From positions 8,750,772 to 8,814,771 of the forward strand of contig CM119265.1 of NCBI GenBank assembly GCA_051294375.1: a DNA stretch of 64,000 bases, written 5' to 3'. A program made the position numbers and the translations under genes. Under the pieces are notes generated by a model, which saw only the letters and a program-made list of their open reading frames with translations, ran no database searches and was not told where the DNA came from. This DNA comes from Paraspadella gotoi (lineage: Eukaryota > Animalia > Chaetognatha). Shown piece after piece: positions 27,141-41,319 of this stretch; the stretch's first letter is position 1; each line of letters starts with the position of its first letter.

Positions 27141-30100
27141 CCTTCCAGTCCCCGAGCCATCGTTGGACCACAACGAATTTTAAAGGCCCCAGCACCGCCG
27201 CGCCCGTTTCCTCGCCTTGTTCGCGATTTCCATTTGTCATTAATTTCAATTAAATATATTGTTTTCTTGCATTTCGGGAACGACGCTGACCCGAAAACCA
27301 AAAAGAGGAAGCATGAGCGAGTTTCAACCAAACGCCTGCGCTGCCCGCTGTCAAGAAACTTGCTCGCTCCGCAGATGAAAATCCCCACAAGGATAAGTTT
27401 GAAATTGGAGTGAGGGGCAAAGGGCTCCGGGAAGGGAAGGACAATCATCCGAAGGATAATGGCCTTTTTTTTCCTCGATGATTTTTTTTCCTTCAAAATT
27501 TTACAATTTGAAATGCGAATGTAAATCGTTCGTCAAAAGGTCGACCGAAAAATTTATTCTATTTCTTTCCACGCTAATCGATTCTCTTTATTTGTTTTCC
27601 TTTATTTCTTCTTTCTCTTCTGCTGCATTATTCCTTCCTTTCATTTTCTCATCGTTCTTTCCTTTCGCTTTTCAAAACTTCCCAAGGCAAATTCAAGCGA
27701 TCTTTTTTGTTTTCGCCCTTCAAGTCTGCCTGGACTCATAATCATTTTCTTCCTCTCAACTCACTCTCGTTTTCCCTTCCCCCCATCTGCACGGGGCCAC
27801 CTTGAAACGCTGCATGGCAGTTTCTGGGGTGCTAGATTGGTTCTGGGGCCAGCCCGCCCATGCCCCCTCCCGGGACGGCCTGCCAACGAAGTTGCGCCAG
27901 GGCGCGTCATTTCCCCGGGGCTTTAGGTGGGGCGCTGGCGTCCGGGCGGGCTGATCCGAAGGGGGAACGCCGAAGAGGGCGCGTCTGTATCTGAGGGTTT
28001 GCGGCGCTGCTGCGTGACGGACTGCCGGCCGAGCGTTGACGAAGATTGACCTGAGTGAAATGCGGAAGATTTTTGCCGGTTTGGGGACGGCACCGAGGAA
28101 GGAAGATTAACGTATTATTGAAAATAAACAAAACTTTTTTTTTTCAAGAAATTGATTCCCCACAACAAACTAATTGATCCCACATGGGAGAAAAACAACA
28201 ATACAAGTAATTTGAAACAAGAACGCAAATTTAAAGAAAAGCGCCCTTTATAAAAATATCCCTAACATATTATACTGTTAAAGGGAAAAATAAATGAAAA
28301 TAAAAATTTGTAACACAACACGGAGGAAAATCTTAGATGGGCGAAGAACGGAAGTTTCGCCCTCACGAGGCTCACACTTCATTACTTAATTCCCTCAAAA
28401 ATTGGGTGGCGAGTATCTCCGAGACCTTTTCCCTCATCGACTTTCCTCATCGGCATACGAAAGAAAAAAAAAAAACACCGCAAATCTCCCCTGTGGGACA
28501 TCCAGCCATTTAACGTCTTTCTTATTAAAAAATGATAAATAAAATATGGAGAAATGTTTAACGTCGTCTGGGCCGGGCGTGAGGCAGATCGGGGGGGAAG
28601 AAACCGAATGGCGCCGGCCGCGAAAAATCCGTTTCGGGCGTCTCCGTCCGATTTCTTTTTACCCCCTTTTCCCTACTTAAGATCCGTTTCCGTTTTCCTT
28701 TCGTTCTTTTCCGTCATCAGATTATGTCCTTGTATAACCGTTTCATGATAAATATTTACTATATATATATTTGTCTTCCTTTAACTTGCTTACTTATTTT
28801 ACATTATTTTATAGTTTCTTATCTTCTTAAAATTTTTTTTGGGGGGGGGGAAATTTTGCATATTCGTCCCTTTTTTTTTCTTTATTTTTTTTCTTTTATG
28901 TGGGGTGCCACTTACATTTTATTTTCCCCCCCCGCTTCCCATCCCCCCTCTATTTTTCCCCCCCCGCTCCGGGCTTCTTAAAGTTTTCCTCCTGAACCAC
29001 TCACTCCCCCTTTCTTTTTTCGCCAAGTCCTCAAATCGACCTTGTTTCATTCGCAGTCCTATCTTCGCTTTCACCTCCAAACTTCAATTTGGCCTCCCAT
29101 TTTTCTTCGCATCCATTGTTCCAGCTCCTAGTTTTTTTGATTCATACATCTGGATTTATAATTTGTCACAGTTTTCCCTACTTCAGGTCTTTTCTATTTT
29201 CTCTATTTCTTCGGTCCTCCTCTCTCTCTTGTCTCCATCTTTTCATTGACCAACCGATCTGCAAAACTCACCTCGCAATCCGACCTTCATTTTCCTCTTC
29301 TTTTTCCACTCCCGCATCGATTTGTCTCACACTTTCACTTTATCCACCCATTCACTTTTTTTCCACTCCTTCCTTTCTTCCTCGAACCAAACGGCCTCAC
29401 ATAAAATTACAGTTCGCGCATAAATCGTCGAGTTTAAACATCTCAGCAGATATCTCCTGGGGTTATCAGGTGTTCTGGTTTGTTGTCACCTATCTGCATA
29501 CTCATTAGGCCTTGCTTTTACGTAATCAGATATGAAAACTAAATGACATGGAGAGTAAAGCATTAGATGTTTTAACAATTATTTAAAAAATCTAATGCTT
29601 ATATTAGATGTTACAACATTCATCACTTTTCAGGATTACTGACCCAGTATCATCGGAATATAAAAAAGCCGACCGTTCGCCCCATTGACGCCACTCTTCG
29701 CACGTATGACGCCGTACGGTTCCCGGCATTTGACGCCAGAATTCGCCAGCATTGCGACGCCGTCCTTACGTTTCCGTTGCACTTATCGATTACCGCGACG
29801 GCCGGATGCGTTTGGCGGCGCCGACGGCTTAGACGACGGCGCGCGAACGAGGCGCGTTGATGACGGTTTGGGCGGTGGCTTACGAAGATCTGCGGGACGC
29901 GAGCAGAGAGAGATGTGGAGAGAAAGCAAGAGAGAGGAGAGAGAGAGATACCGAGAGAATGAGAGATAGAGAGAGAGGGATTATGAGAGAGAAGAGAGAG
30001 AAGGCCATGCCGCTGAGAGAGGAGGAAAGAGAGAGAGAGAGAAAAGGACAGAGAAAAAGAACGCGGCAGTGATGAGGTGTTTGATCGTAGCCAGCGAAGT

Positions 30101-32037
30101 GGAACAAATAGCTAGGAAAATTAAAAAAAACGCCAGATAGTCAATTTGGCATAAAACGATGATTTATTTCTGTTTTCCATTAGTGAACAGCAATCGAATT
30201 AAAAAATGAGTTGACATTGGAATGAATTTGGTTTTGGTTATCTTATTCGGGTCGGGTTATACCGAAACATGAAACGAAGACCCCACCTTTTCGGATCGTG
30301 TCGGAAAATTCGAAAACCTTGAAAAAAAAAAATGATTTATTTAATTATATATCTATTTATAAAAACACCTTGTTCTCAATTTTTAATTTTGTCATTTCTT
30401 TCCCTTCCTTTATCTCATTCAAAAGAAGAAATGCAAAGAAAAAAAAAAAAACATTATATTGGCAAAAAAATTACAAAAAAAAAAAAAACCCCTTGACGAA
30501 ATTGAGATCAATCTTGTTTTTTTTTAAATTTTTTTTAAACGAGAAATTTTTAAAAACAAAAACGAGGCTTCGATTAAATCAAGGTCGTCATTTTAAATCC
30601 GGACCGGCGTTTGACGACCGTTGACGCTGACGGTATTCCCTACTGGCGGGTGTCGGATTTCCGCCTCCCCGCCGTCTTTGGTGTTTATGCCACTTTTTAC
30701 GCTTGGATTTTGAATATTCACTTACGACGAGGGCGTCAGGATCTGAGCGTAAGTCACGTTAGACGCTTGAAAAACCCAGACTCTTTACCTAGATTAAAAA
30801 TTTGAAATAAAAATTTTGACGGGGCGTCCGGACACATTCATAAAGACCTTTTAATAATTGCGTACTATTAAAACTTATGTAAAATTTTAAGAATGAATAT
30901 AGGTACGTTAATAGCCTTACTTGTTAAATAAGACGTACGTGAAAGTTGCAGATCAAAATTCGAATTGTTAATTCAATGAACCAGTCTTGGACTGTAAAAA
31001 CATTGATCATTAATAAAAAAAATTTGTTTTAAAATTTTCTCAATTTTGCCATACATAGCTTACCATAGCAAATGTAAAAATATTTTTTAAATGATGTTTT
31101 TTAGTTTTGAACAGCAGATTCGAATTCCTCATAAAAGTTTTATTAAAAGAAACATATAAGATTCTTAATCAAAAATTCTTTCATTAAGTTAGCAAAAAAA
31201 TTTTAAAAAACTATATTTTTATACTAAAATTTAATTAATAGGTTAATCAACTTAATAGATTTTTTAGGGATATTTGATTACTATAATTAAGTCTTATGGA
31301 AATAACTCTTAATAAAAAGAGTTATATTTCCTTTTATCATTCTCAAAAAAAAACAAGCAATAAAAAATAAGTGAATTCCTCTTCAAAGTCAAGACGATAT
31401 ATTTTAAAATATCCATTATCGTTGCTATTCGTGAGGCGAATTGAGCGCGAAGAACGAGTTCAATAACCAAAACAAGGAATACAAAACAACAACAACAACA
31501 AGAAAACGGCTCATTCTTTCAGCGCCACGTCTCTCGTCTATTTTGCTTTGTTTACATGAAAATCATTTCTCCTGTTACCATTTGAGTGCGGAGAAATTCA
31601 AGTGTTGACGCATCTTAAGGTTTGCCGTTCAAATCATATCATGATCCTTTATTTTTCTTTTTTTTCATTCATTGACTCAATAATTAGTCATTTGAACTCG
31701 ACCGTATTGAGTTCTTTATGGTAAAGACCTTTGACTCTGATCATAACATCTCACTCTCTCTCCTCATCTCTCTCTCTCCTCTCGCTCTCCATCTCTCTCT
31801 TACTCATCTCGTCTCTCTCTAATCTCCTCATCTCTCCTCTACTCTCTAACTCTCGTTCACAGTCACACTAGCTCTCACTAAACTTTCACCTGGTGGCAGT
31901 TTCCCGTTCCTTACGAACTTCACATCGCCTACCTTTAGTCTTTTTAGCCCTCTTAACTTTGCTCAAAATCATGTAGATTACACTTATTATTATTATTAAT
32001 TATTATTATTATTATTATTAATTATTATTATTTATTA

Positions 32038-32068
<31 letters not shown>

Positions 32069-34222
32069 TTATTATTATTATTAATTATATTACCTACGAT
32101 ATACCCAATTATATTGTCATCACCCTAGTTAGTCGTGACTAGTGAAAGACAAAGAGATGAGACGGAGACGACGACGAAGACGACGACGAGACATCTCTTT
32201 TAAACCCTCTCCACTTTCTTCACCTCTCCTTTCCCGCTCTCTCCATTCCATTCACTTACCCTGATACCCGCTCAACTTCCAAGGCCTTCGCCTTTACCCA
32301 AACCCCCCAAACCCATCCTCACTTTAAAACAATAACCTGTCCCGGCGCGAAGCTGCGACTCCACGGATTGCAAGCGTGGAGTTCTGAATTCCTCGCAACG
32401 ACCGGAATGTGTCGGACAGAGGCGCGCTCTCCGATTGGACGGGGGCCGGGGCGTGGGGGAGAGGGAAGAGGGGTATAGGGGGTGGGGTAATGGAAGGAGC
32501 GAGGCGTGGGATCTAGCATGAACTTTATCTTCTATTTTAAATTCATTCGGGCAAGGAGATTAGAGGGTGACAGGGAAGTGCACGGATACTGGTGACACCA
32601 GGAGGGTTACAGGGACACTGCCACGGGCGACCCCCGGCTTGGCGGGAACTGTCATTAAAATGATCGTACTTAAGACAATAAGGAATGTATTTAGAAGTAA
32701 ATTAACAAAGAACGGTATGCGAATGACCTAGGTACTAAAAAAAAAATGGGATTGAAGGTCCGGGAAGAAAGGATCGTCAGCGGAGAAAGCTATAGAAAGG
32801 ACAAGGAGAAGTAAACAGTCAGAACAAACAGCAAAAGCGACGAAAAGTAACGGAGGTAATTATAACACGAGAGAACACAGAGAACGAAAAGTCAGGGCGG
32901 AAGACCGACCAGGAGGATGGAATCTGGGAACAGTGAGGAAAGGAAGGACGTGAAATTCCGTGTAATGTCTCCCGCAGGACGAAATTGAAAGGGACGGATT
33001 AACGAGTTATATCTTTTCTTCTTATCTTTCTTTCCGATATCGCGGTCGAAATCTTCTTCCTCCTTCTGTGTGTCCTCCTCAGAAATCCAGAAAGCAATTT
33101 TTTTTGTAAACAAATAGAAAGGAAAAAAAAGAAGCGGTTCCATACACTTTCGGGATTTTTTCTTTTCTTTTTTTTTTCTTCTCAAATTTCCGCTTTCATA
33201 CTATTTTCCTTCATCTCCCTCTCCTCTTTCTTAGCATCCGAAATCCAAAAGGCTGGTATATTTATTATCCTATTTATCTAACTTTTCCTTTCTCCTACCC
33301 ATCTTACGTCGCGTCATTCCAGAAAAACGCCGTTATCGTTTTTTTCTTTTATTCTCTTTCTATCAGCGATATTTGTAAGTACAATACGGGGAACGCGATA
33401 TCGGGGCCGTAGAGTCTTGACTTATCTTTTTCTTTTTCTTTATTTTCGTTTATTTTCTTACTCTAGTTCCTTGCGTTATTCTCTTTGTTCCCGTACTGAT
33501 GGTCTTACCTTACCTAAATCTCCGACTTAACACGTCATCTCATCTCTCTCTCCTCTCTCATCATCTCTCTCTTCTCTTCTTTCTCTTCTCTCTCTCTCTC
33601 TCTGTCTCTCGCTCTCTGCTTTCTGCTCTTCATTTCTGCCCCAAACTCGTCCGCTTCTTCTTCACCGTCATTTTTTTATGGGTTCTTTCTCCGTCGATGC
33701 TCCAAATCCCGATATTATTTTTTCTCTTCCTCGCTTACCTACCTACTAAAAATAATTATCATATAGGACCTGCTTCTCACAGTGCAAAATAAAACAATAC
33801 ATTACCAAATACACATAACAAGGAAATAGACCTCGACCTCTTGGTGTTTATGTTTACTATATGACAATATCTATATTTAGACAATAGAGCCCCAACGTAT
33901 AAACAATGATTTTCGCGATTTCAAAAAATTTCTCGGATTTGGAGACTTTTTAGAATTAATAAAAATATAGACCGTAAGAATTTAAAAAGGCGTAGCTGCG
34001 CCAATATAGTTAGGTATTTGATATAATTTTTAATGCTCCAGTAAATTATATAATGTGCGTCATCATTTAGATCTAGGTTAATTATAACTAGAACCCACAG
34101 CTCGATGGCCCACTTTAAAGGCAGCGCGTCTCTCGAATTGCCGAAGTCGTTGACTCCTCCACGCCCCCTTCATTCTCTCTCTTCTCGTTCTCTCTCTCTC
34201 TTCAGTCTCTCTCTCTACTCTC

Positions 34223-34281
<59 letters not shown>

Positions 34282-36516
34282 TTTACCAAACCCGCGGGGG
34301 AATCCTCTTTTTTTTCGAATGAGGTAACGCAATCTCATGTAAATGCCTTCGATCGGATCAATTCGGTTATAAAACTTTGTTCATAAAAGTCAGGTCTTTC
34401 ACTTATTATTCTCGTATTTCTTTCGCGCATAGCATTTTTGTATACATGAAATATTCTTTCTTACTGCTCCAATTATTTGATTGTATTTATTTCATACATT
34501 TATTCTTTCGAACGTCATTCCATCATTTCATCCGATTGTCTTTTTTTTTATTTCTTCCATCGCGTTTTGGAACCATATTTTCTCGTCTTTTTTTATATTT
34601 ATTCCTCATGCCTCCGCGGTCGTATCGCTCGTTACGGGCGCTCGCCATGGGATAACAACGCGTCGATATTAAGAGGACGCAGTCCTAATCGACTCAGTTT
34701 TCGCCATTTGCTCCTTTTTGGTCGGAGTCGGCATGCCCCTTCTAATGTCTCGCCTCTCCGAGGGGGTTTTGGCTTAAGAATTTTTTTTTCTATATTTCTA
34801 TCTTTATTATTTTTTCGGTTTGTTGCACTTAAGGAACAAAGATAACGGCCTACCAGGAATCATTCGTCTTGGGAACCAAAAGTTTGATGTTTGTAATTTT
34901 TTCTTCTTTGAAGTTAACACTTTTTAATTTTTGGCTCATAAAGTTAGTGAAGTTTCGGCGTAGAAGCATGAGAAAGAAAAAAACTTTTTTCAGATAACAG
35001 ATTTTCAACATTTTTAGCTTCACTTAATAATAATTATACTCAAATTTTGACACGTCTTTGATAAGGGGTTTGATTTTACTTAACTAACCATAGCTAATAA
35101 TCAGATGAAAATCAACAGCACTTTTCTTTTCTCTACCCGATGCCCCTCACATTTATTAATCCGTCCCATTACCCCCCCCCTCTCACCGCCCCCCTTTCAT
35201 TTTTTTTCTTCAAATTGACTTCTTACAACACGGCCCGATTGATTGCTTGGTTTAAAGCCAGGACTCGTATTTTAATAATCAATAAATTTCCCCTTGTCAT
35301 CAATAATGGTCGTTTTTGCATTGCAAGGAATTCCGATGCAGCTCAGAGTCTAGACGTTTTTCCGGAAGGTATACGCCCGTACCTTGGGGATTCACGAAGG
35401 TGGCTTATGAAAATCATTTTTTTTTTTTTTATACTAACGCTATACGACGCTAAAATCAAAGTGCGGCAAATTCTTTATTTTTTGCTCTCTTCTCTGCTCT
35501 TTCTCTCTCGTCTTTTGCAGACTTTGGCTCGGCGCACTCTGATTTTTGGAATATATTTATTTTCCGTCGGTGTTCGGCACGAGCGTTCTTCAACGTTATG
35601 CTGGCGCGACACGTCTATGAGCGACGAAAAGTCCCCCGTCGCTTGTTTGTTGTATGTGCCGAAGCCCCCCTCTGTATCTGAAAACCAACCAGACCCGTCG
35701 TCGCACTTGAGTTCACTCTTCTTTTCGCGTTTTTTTTTTTTTTAGGCAAACGCAAGTCTCCCGCCTTTCGTTTTGTTTTAGTTTTTTCCGTTTTTTGTTT
35801 TCTGGAGGTCAAACACGCATGTCTCCCGCGTTTTGTTTTTTGTTTGCTATTTTTGTTTAGATGTTTTTCGGTTTATCTTTTTAGGGTCAAACGCATGTCT
35901 ACCCGCTTTGTTTTTTGTTTTTGTTTTTGTTTTTCTTCTAGGTCAAACAGCTGTCTCCCCGCTTTGTTTTTCTTTTTTTTGTTTTTTGTTTTTTAGGTCC
36001 AACGCACTGTTCTCCCACTTCTGTTTTTTGTTTTTTGTTTTTGTTTTCTTAGGTCAACGCATGTCTCCCGCTTTGTTTTGTCTTTGTTTTTTGTTTTTGT
36101 ATTTTGTTTTCTTTAGGTCCAAACGCATGTCTCCGCTTTGATTTTTCTTTTCTCCCCTAATTCGACTCAAAATTTTGTTTATCCCTTTTAACGGTTTTGT
36201 TTTTATATTTCATTCTTCCACCCCTCCCGAACGAATTTAAGTTTCCCCTCCCTTACTAATCCCAATGACTCGCTCTTATCCACCGGCGTTAACCCCGGCG
36301 TTAGGACTCACCTGACCATAACGGCTATGGATCTGATTTACACCCTATGGAACCACTATTAGCGGCGGTCTTCTGCTCCATTCCCCCAAAAAAAAAATGC
36401 GGTTGATATAAAAAAAGGCGGCGCCAGGGTGGCATTGAACTGGATCGCTTAAGCAAATGTTGCGCTGGTGCGGAGAGAGAGAAGGGGAGAGAAGGAGAGA
36501 GGAGAGAGAAGAGACG

Positions 36517-36557
<41 letters not shown>

Positions 36558-37345
36558 AGAAGAGCGAGAGAGAGTTCTCGGAGATAATTTGAGTCTTGCT
36601 GCTTATCGATATATTGCGGATTGTCAATTGTCAGTCAGTCTGTCAGAAAGTTTCAGGTTAATTTGCTTTAAAATTTATATTATGTACAGTAAATGAATAA
36701 CTTGAATAAATCACTTCCAAGGAAGCTGGAGCTTACCAAAGCAAGGCGTAATCACCATTGATGTCTTGCTGCTTTTATAGCATCTCTCTCTCTCTCATGA
36801 CTCTTTATCTCTTCTCTATCTATCTCTCTCTCTCTCTCTCTCTCGTCTCGTTTAGAATTTCATCTCAGTCCATTCGATCTCCATTTCGAACTCATGCTTT
36901 CCTTCTCGCGCCGACGCACATCCTCACCTTGAAAGGGCATATTTATGCGCTCTTCCCACTTCTTGCTCAACCCCCCCCCCCCAATGCTCCCTTCACCGGC
37001 TTCAAATTTTCTTTTTTTTCCCCCATTCCAAATCTCCCATTCCCCACCCCCCCCAAAAGGTCTTTCGACACCCTTCTTTCCAATTCTCCCTACCAATGTT
37101 CTCACTGGAGTAACACGATATTGATTATGTTTTCTCTTTCTCCCCGACGACGGACGACGACGACGCGACGAACGACGACGAACGACGCGGCGGCGGCTTT
37201 GAATTCCTCGAGATATTAACTCAATCCAATCAGGTCGACTTATCTCTTTAGTTTTTTCTTTTCTTTCTCCCCCCCCCTCTCTCTCCTCTTTCTGTCTTTT
37301 CACTTCCTTTTTATATTTTTTCTCTATCTTTTGCTTTCTTCAAGT
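27141..37345. repeat. Copy 2 of the ~10.2 kb duplication
   Basis: ccttccagtccccgagccat at 27141 equals window position 1. The duplication may extend left of the window start. Confidence 0.95.
36312..36464 (-). CDS. Probable internal exon of the SAPCD2-like gene (duplicate at 9172-9324)
   Basis: (CT)n pyrimidine tract plus CAG acceptor on the minus strand, strong CAG|GTGAGT donor, reads QHLLKRSSSMP. Confidence 0.45.
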
Positions 37346-37618
37346 TGACGCTTTCTCTTTCGTCTGCCAGATGCGCCAATATGGCGCGAAAAAAGGAATC
37401 GGTCTCAAATGACGACATTGGATGGGGATTTCTAATTTACTTGTTCACTTTTCTTCAAATCTTTTTTCTTTTTTTTACTTTTCCTATTTTTTTCATCGAG
37501 TGATGTCGCAAAAGGAGGCAGGAGAAGAGAAAGAAATTGTATATCGCTTTCGCCCGACGCGACCGCAGGACATGCGAAAAGAGAGAGAGAGAAGAAGAGA
37601 GAGAGAGAGGAGAGAGAG

Positions 37619-37664
<46 letters not shown>

Positions 37665-37968
37665 GTGTTTTGTTTCGTATTTTCGCTGTTTTTAATTTTC
37701 TTTTGTTATGCTCGAAAATTTTATCGCTGTTTTTTCATAAGTTTTTTCAGTTATTTTTTCCCTTTTTTTTTGGAAAATTAATTTTTTTATAAGTTCATTT
37801 TGATAATCTCACTTAATTTCATTTAATTCAATTCTGCATAGGTTTTCCACAAGTTTCACTTACTAAATCGTCGGAATCAAGCTCTCAAAAACCATATAAA
37901 ATATTTGTAATAATCCCCTCCAGCCCTGGCCCCCACCTTTCCATACAAACCCAACCTCCATCCCTCAC

Positions 37969-38237
37969 CTGGCCCTGACGAGGGCGATCCTCAGTCCCCC
38001 GACGAAGCGTTCGAAGGAGAGCCGTCCGTTTGGGGGCGTGACCTTCTTGAGGGCGTCGAGCACGCCGGGCGGGAGTCCCTTGGCGTTCTCGGACCAACGA
38101 GCCTCGATGTCCCTGAGACTGACCGAGCCAGTCCGGCTCTCGTCGAGAATGTCGAAGAGGGTGCGAAGGCTCTCCACGAAGGCTTTGGGGAGACCGTCGA
38201 GAGCCGTTTGAGGCGTCAGGTCTACCGAGGACGACAT
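37969..38237 (-). CDS. SAPCD2: First coding exon of a Suppressor APC domain-containing protein (EF-hand-like Suppressor_APC domain)
   Basis: MSSSVDLTPQTALDGLPKAFVESLRTLFDILDESRTGSVSLRDIEARW...LPPGVLDALKKVTPPNGRLSFERFVGGLR closely matches recalled SAPCD2 GLPRAFLQSLRTLFDILD...LTFERFVAGLR. Ends at AG|GTGAGG donor (phase 2). Confidence 0.92.
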
Positions 38238-38880
38238 GGCGAGGAATTCCTTTATTTGATTTTTCCGTTTTCTCGCTTGTTTGTCTTTAATTTTTCAGTT
38301 TAAGTTCGTTTAACTTTTTTAAATTTTCAAGTTTTTTAAATTAAAATTTTAAGATGGACGTAGCGAACTTTTAAATAGCACCGCCAGAGTCTCTGGAAAC
38401 GCAAGATTTGTTGCTCTGTGTTAATGACGCGATAAAAAAAAAAAGCAAGAATGGGCAATGAACTGGTGGCATTGTCTTTTTCAGCTGACGGTCGAAAAGG
38501 AATGAATCACCGACAGAGAAAAGACCCGGGACGGAAACCTCGATAATTAGTCGGAAATGATCGAGAAAAGTAGAGCGAGAAGAATCGGTCTCACTAATCA
38601 CTTCGATTCGAGCTACTTTTTCGCGTAAAATTGTATCCGTTTATGTTTTTTTTAAATTACTTTTTATCGCTAAATTGTTACGCGACCCCTTTCTCATTTT
38701 CTTTACGAGCGAAGCTAATTAAACAATTCGTTTCGTTCGTTAGTTTTTAAAAACGAAAACTTGGTCTGGGTACGAAAGTACAAAAAAAGTTCGTTACAAT
38801 TTTTTTTTTTCGGTTTTACTTTTTCGAAACGAGTCGTAACTGTTGTTCTAAGCGAGTTAGGAACGAGACTCGAACTTGTC

Positions 38881-38882
<2 letters not shown>

Positions 38883-38956
<74 letters not shown>
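38883..38956. repeat. (GA)n microsatellite (one of many; others at ~7090, 9380, 37580, 40295, 42320-43557, 47050-47285, 49803-50040, 54807-54949)
   Basis: Direct reading. These explain the RE/SL/LS low-complexity ORFs. Confidence 0.98.
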
Positions 38957-38960
<4 letters not shown>

Positions 38961-39493
38961 TGGCATTTTTAAGACTTTTTTTTTCTCTCTTCGCTTTTCT
39001 TGGCTTCGTTGCATAAAAAGAATTTTGAATAAACGTTGGAATTTGAGACTCTCTAAAAAAACTGAATAGATTAGAACTAAAATATATCAATACAATAGCA
39101 AGTTATGTTTGACTTTATTTATAATTAAATGATAGCAGACGGTTTCGATTTATTTTGTTCATTGTTAAATAATAGATACTTTGTAAAAAAAACACCTATT
39201 AAAACATAAAAGATTACTGAGAATGGAGTTTCTGATTAAAAATCCGCCAAAGGAAAGAATTAATCAAAGGATTCACTCTATCCATTTGTGTCAAACATCA
39301 CGACGAATTTTCCGCGCGAATGGAAAATGTAAATCGAGTTTGAAATAAAAATGCGAAGGCCGAGAAGGTTAACCGAAAAATGGCGGCAAAAAGAAGAGGA
39401 TGAAGAATGAATAATAAAATCGGAAACTGAAAAAGGTAACTAAAAACTTGTGAGCAATAAAAGAAGAAAATAAAAAACGAGAAAAAAAAAATG

Positions 39494-39686
39494 AAAACAA
39501 GATCCATCGACTCGACGAAGAAGGATTCATTGTCGCGGAAAAACAAGATCCATCGCCGTGGCAAAACAAGATTAACCGCCACACAAAACAAGATCCATCG
39601 ACGAAGCAAAGCAAGATCCATCGCCGCGGCAAAACAAGATCCATCGACGCGGCAAAACAAGATCAAGATCTATTCACGCAGCAAAA
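39494..39686 (+). repeat. ~23-bp minisatellite, ~8 units, consensus AAAACAAGATCCATCG(A/C)CGCGGC
   Basis: Repeated aaaacaagatccatcg units in clean sequence ~1.3 kb upstream of the SAPCD2-like ATG. Confidence 0.9.
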
Positions 39687-40291
39687 CGAACGCGATACTT
39701 TGAGCTTAAACGCGCGCGCAACGCGGGCGTTGGGAAAGCCCGAGTAGCGCCGCGTCTTTCCCGCGTCTGGGCGCGCCTCGACTCTATCGAACCTTGACGC
39801 GGAAAGCGAACTAAATGGCATAACTTTGTAGGTTTCGCTCCATTTAACTCGAGATCAGAAAGCACTCTATCTATTCTATTTTATTATTTATATACATATA
39901 ATATTAATTATCGCTAATACAATTAAAATTTTTCTAATATATTCTTAATGGCTTAGATTTCGGCCAGACATCCTGATGCTTTACAATTGATTTCGGGCCT
40001 TAAATGTTTCGGAATTCGATCGCTGATGCTCTTTTTTTTTAATTGAGAATTGCGCGCCCGAGACGGAAGAACCGGGTGAGTACTCAGTAAGCCTGAATAT
40101 TTGCTTCAAGATATTACGAAAGAGCTATCAAGCATCAGATATAAGCTTTGATGCGATAATAGTAAAATATACTACGCCTGACCTAAAAAAGCTCATATTG
40201 GGAAAGAGAAGCACTGCCAGATTAGTGAGACTCCAACTTGCAGCAATGAAGTGGCCGAGAAAAAGCTCGTTAACTTCGTACGTAGAGAGAT

Positions 40292-40338
<47 letters not shown>

Positions 40339-41319
40339 GTGAGTGAGGAAGAAAAGTTCATACAGCCTCATTTTTTCAAAAGAAATATAAGTGAATATAG
40401 TCAGTTTTGTGTTAATAAGATATTGAAAGCGAGAGAGAGAGAGAGAGACTGAGTATACGTTAACTAAGGATTATCTAAATGACGTCATCTCTTCTAACCG
40501 CCCCCCCGTCTGGCGACATTCGATCCAAAAAAACAGTGACTTGGCTTCAAGTTTGTTTTCAACTTAAAAAAACCTGATTAGTCGTTTTTAATCAAAAAAC
40601 TTGTCGAGCAACATTGTTTCTTTCCTCTCAAAACTCGATGAATAACTTTTTCGCTAATACGCCAAGAAAACAACAAAAAAATTATTTTTTTTATCGGCGC
40701 GACGTAATATTTAATTCGAATTCGAAACGTCGAACTCACACAAACTTTTATTTTCGTTATTTTGGAAAAATTATTTTGCTTCGTTCGTTTTATCTCGCGC
40801 GTTTATTTTGACCCATTATATCGCATTCTCTAATATGATAATTATCTAAAAATTGGCTTTTGTTTTCTGATTATATTTTATTGGTTTTGAAGTCCTTTTC
40901 TCTTTTTCCGGTTTTTTATGATTTATTCATTTTTTTTATGCATGGTTATACGATTAAGCTTTGTTTCATTTTTTGGTGGTTTTTTTTTGTTTTTTTGGAG
41001 GGGGGGTTTGCGCGACGACAAAACGTAAACATGGACCATCGACCTCAGCGCTCAGACGTATTTGAGATTTGTTTCGGTAAACAAAAAACTCATCTTGGGA
41101 GTTTGGTGTAAACAAGAGTTTGAGAAAAGATCACTGAAACAAAAGTAAATAAAAAATATAAAAATAAAGATAACAAAAAAAGCCGAAACGATCAAACTGT
41201 TCTTTTTTTTTACGATACAATACAAAACGTGAATTAGACTTAGAAATGCGAGTGGCGACTAAAAATTAAACAAACAAAAAATATAATCGACCGGGAATTG
41301 AGAATAATTCGTTCGTTTC

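Noticed and set aside
34095-34170. SAPCD2 coiled-coil exon (QRLRQFE...) on the minus strand
   Set aside because: There is no minus-strand acceptor (upstream is a purine (GA)n tract) and it would precede the RRHT exon, which is the wrong order.
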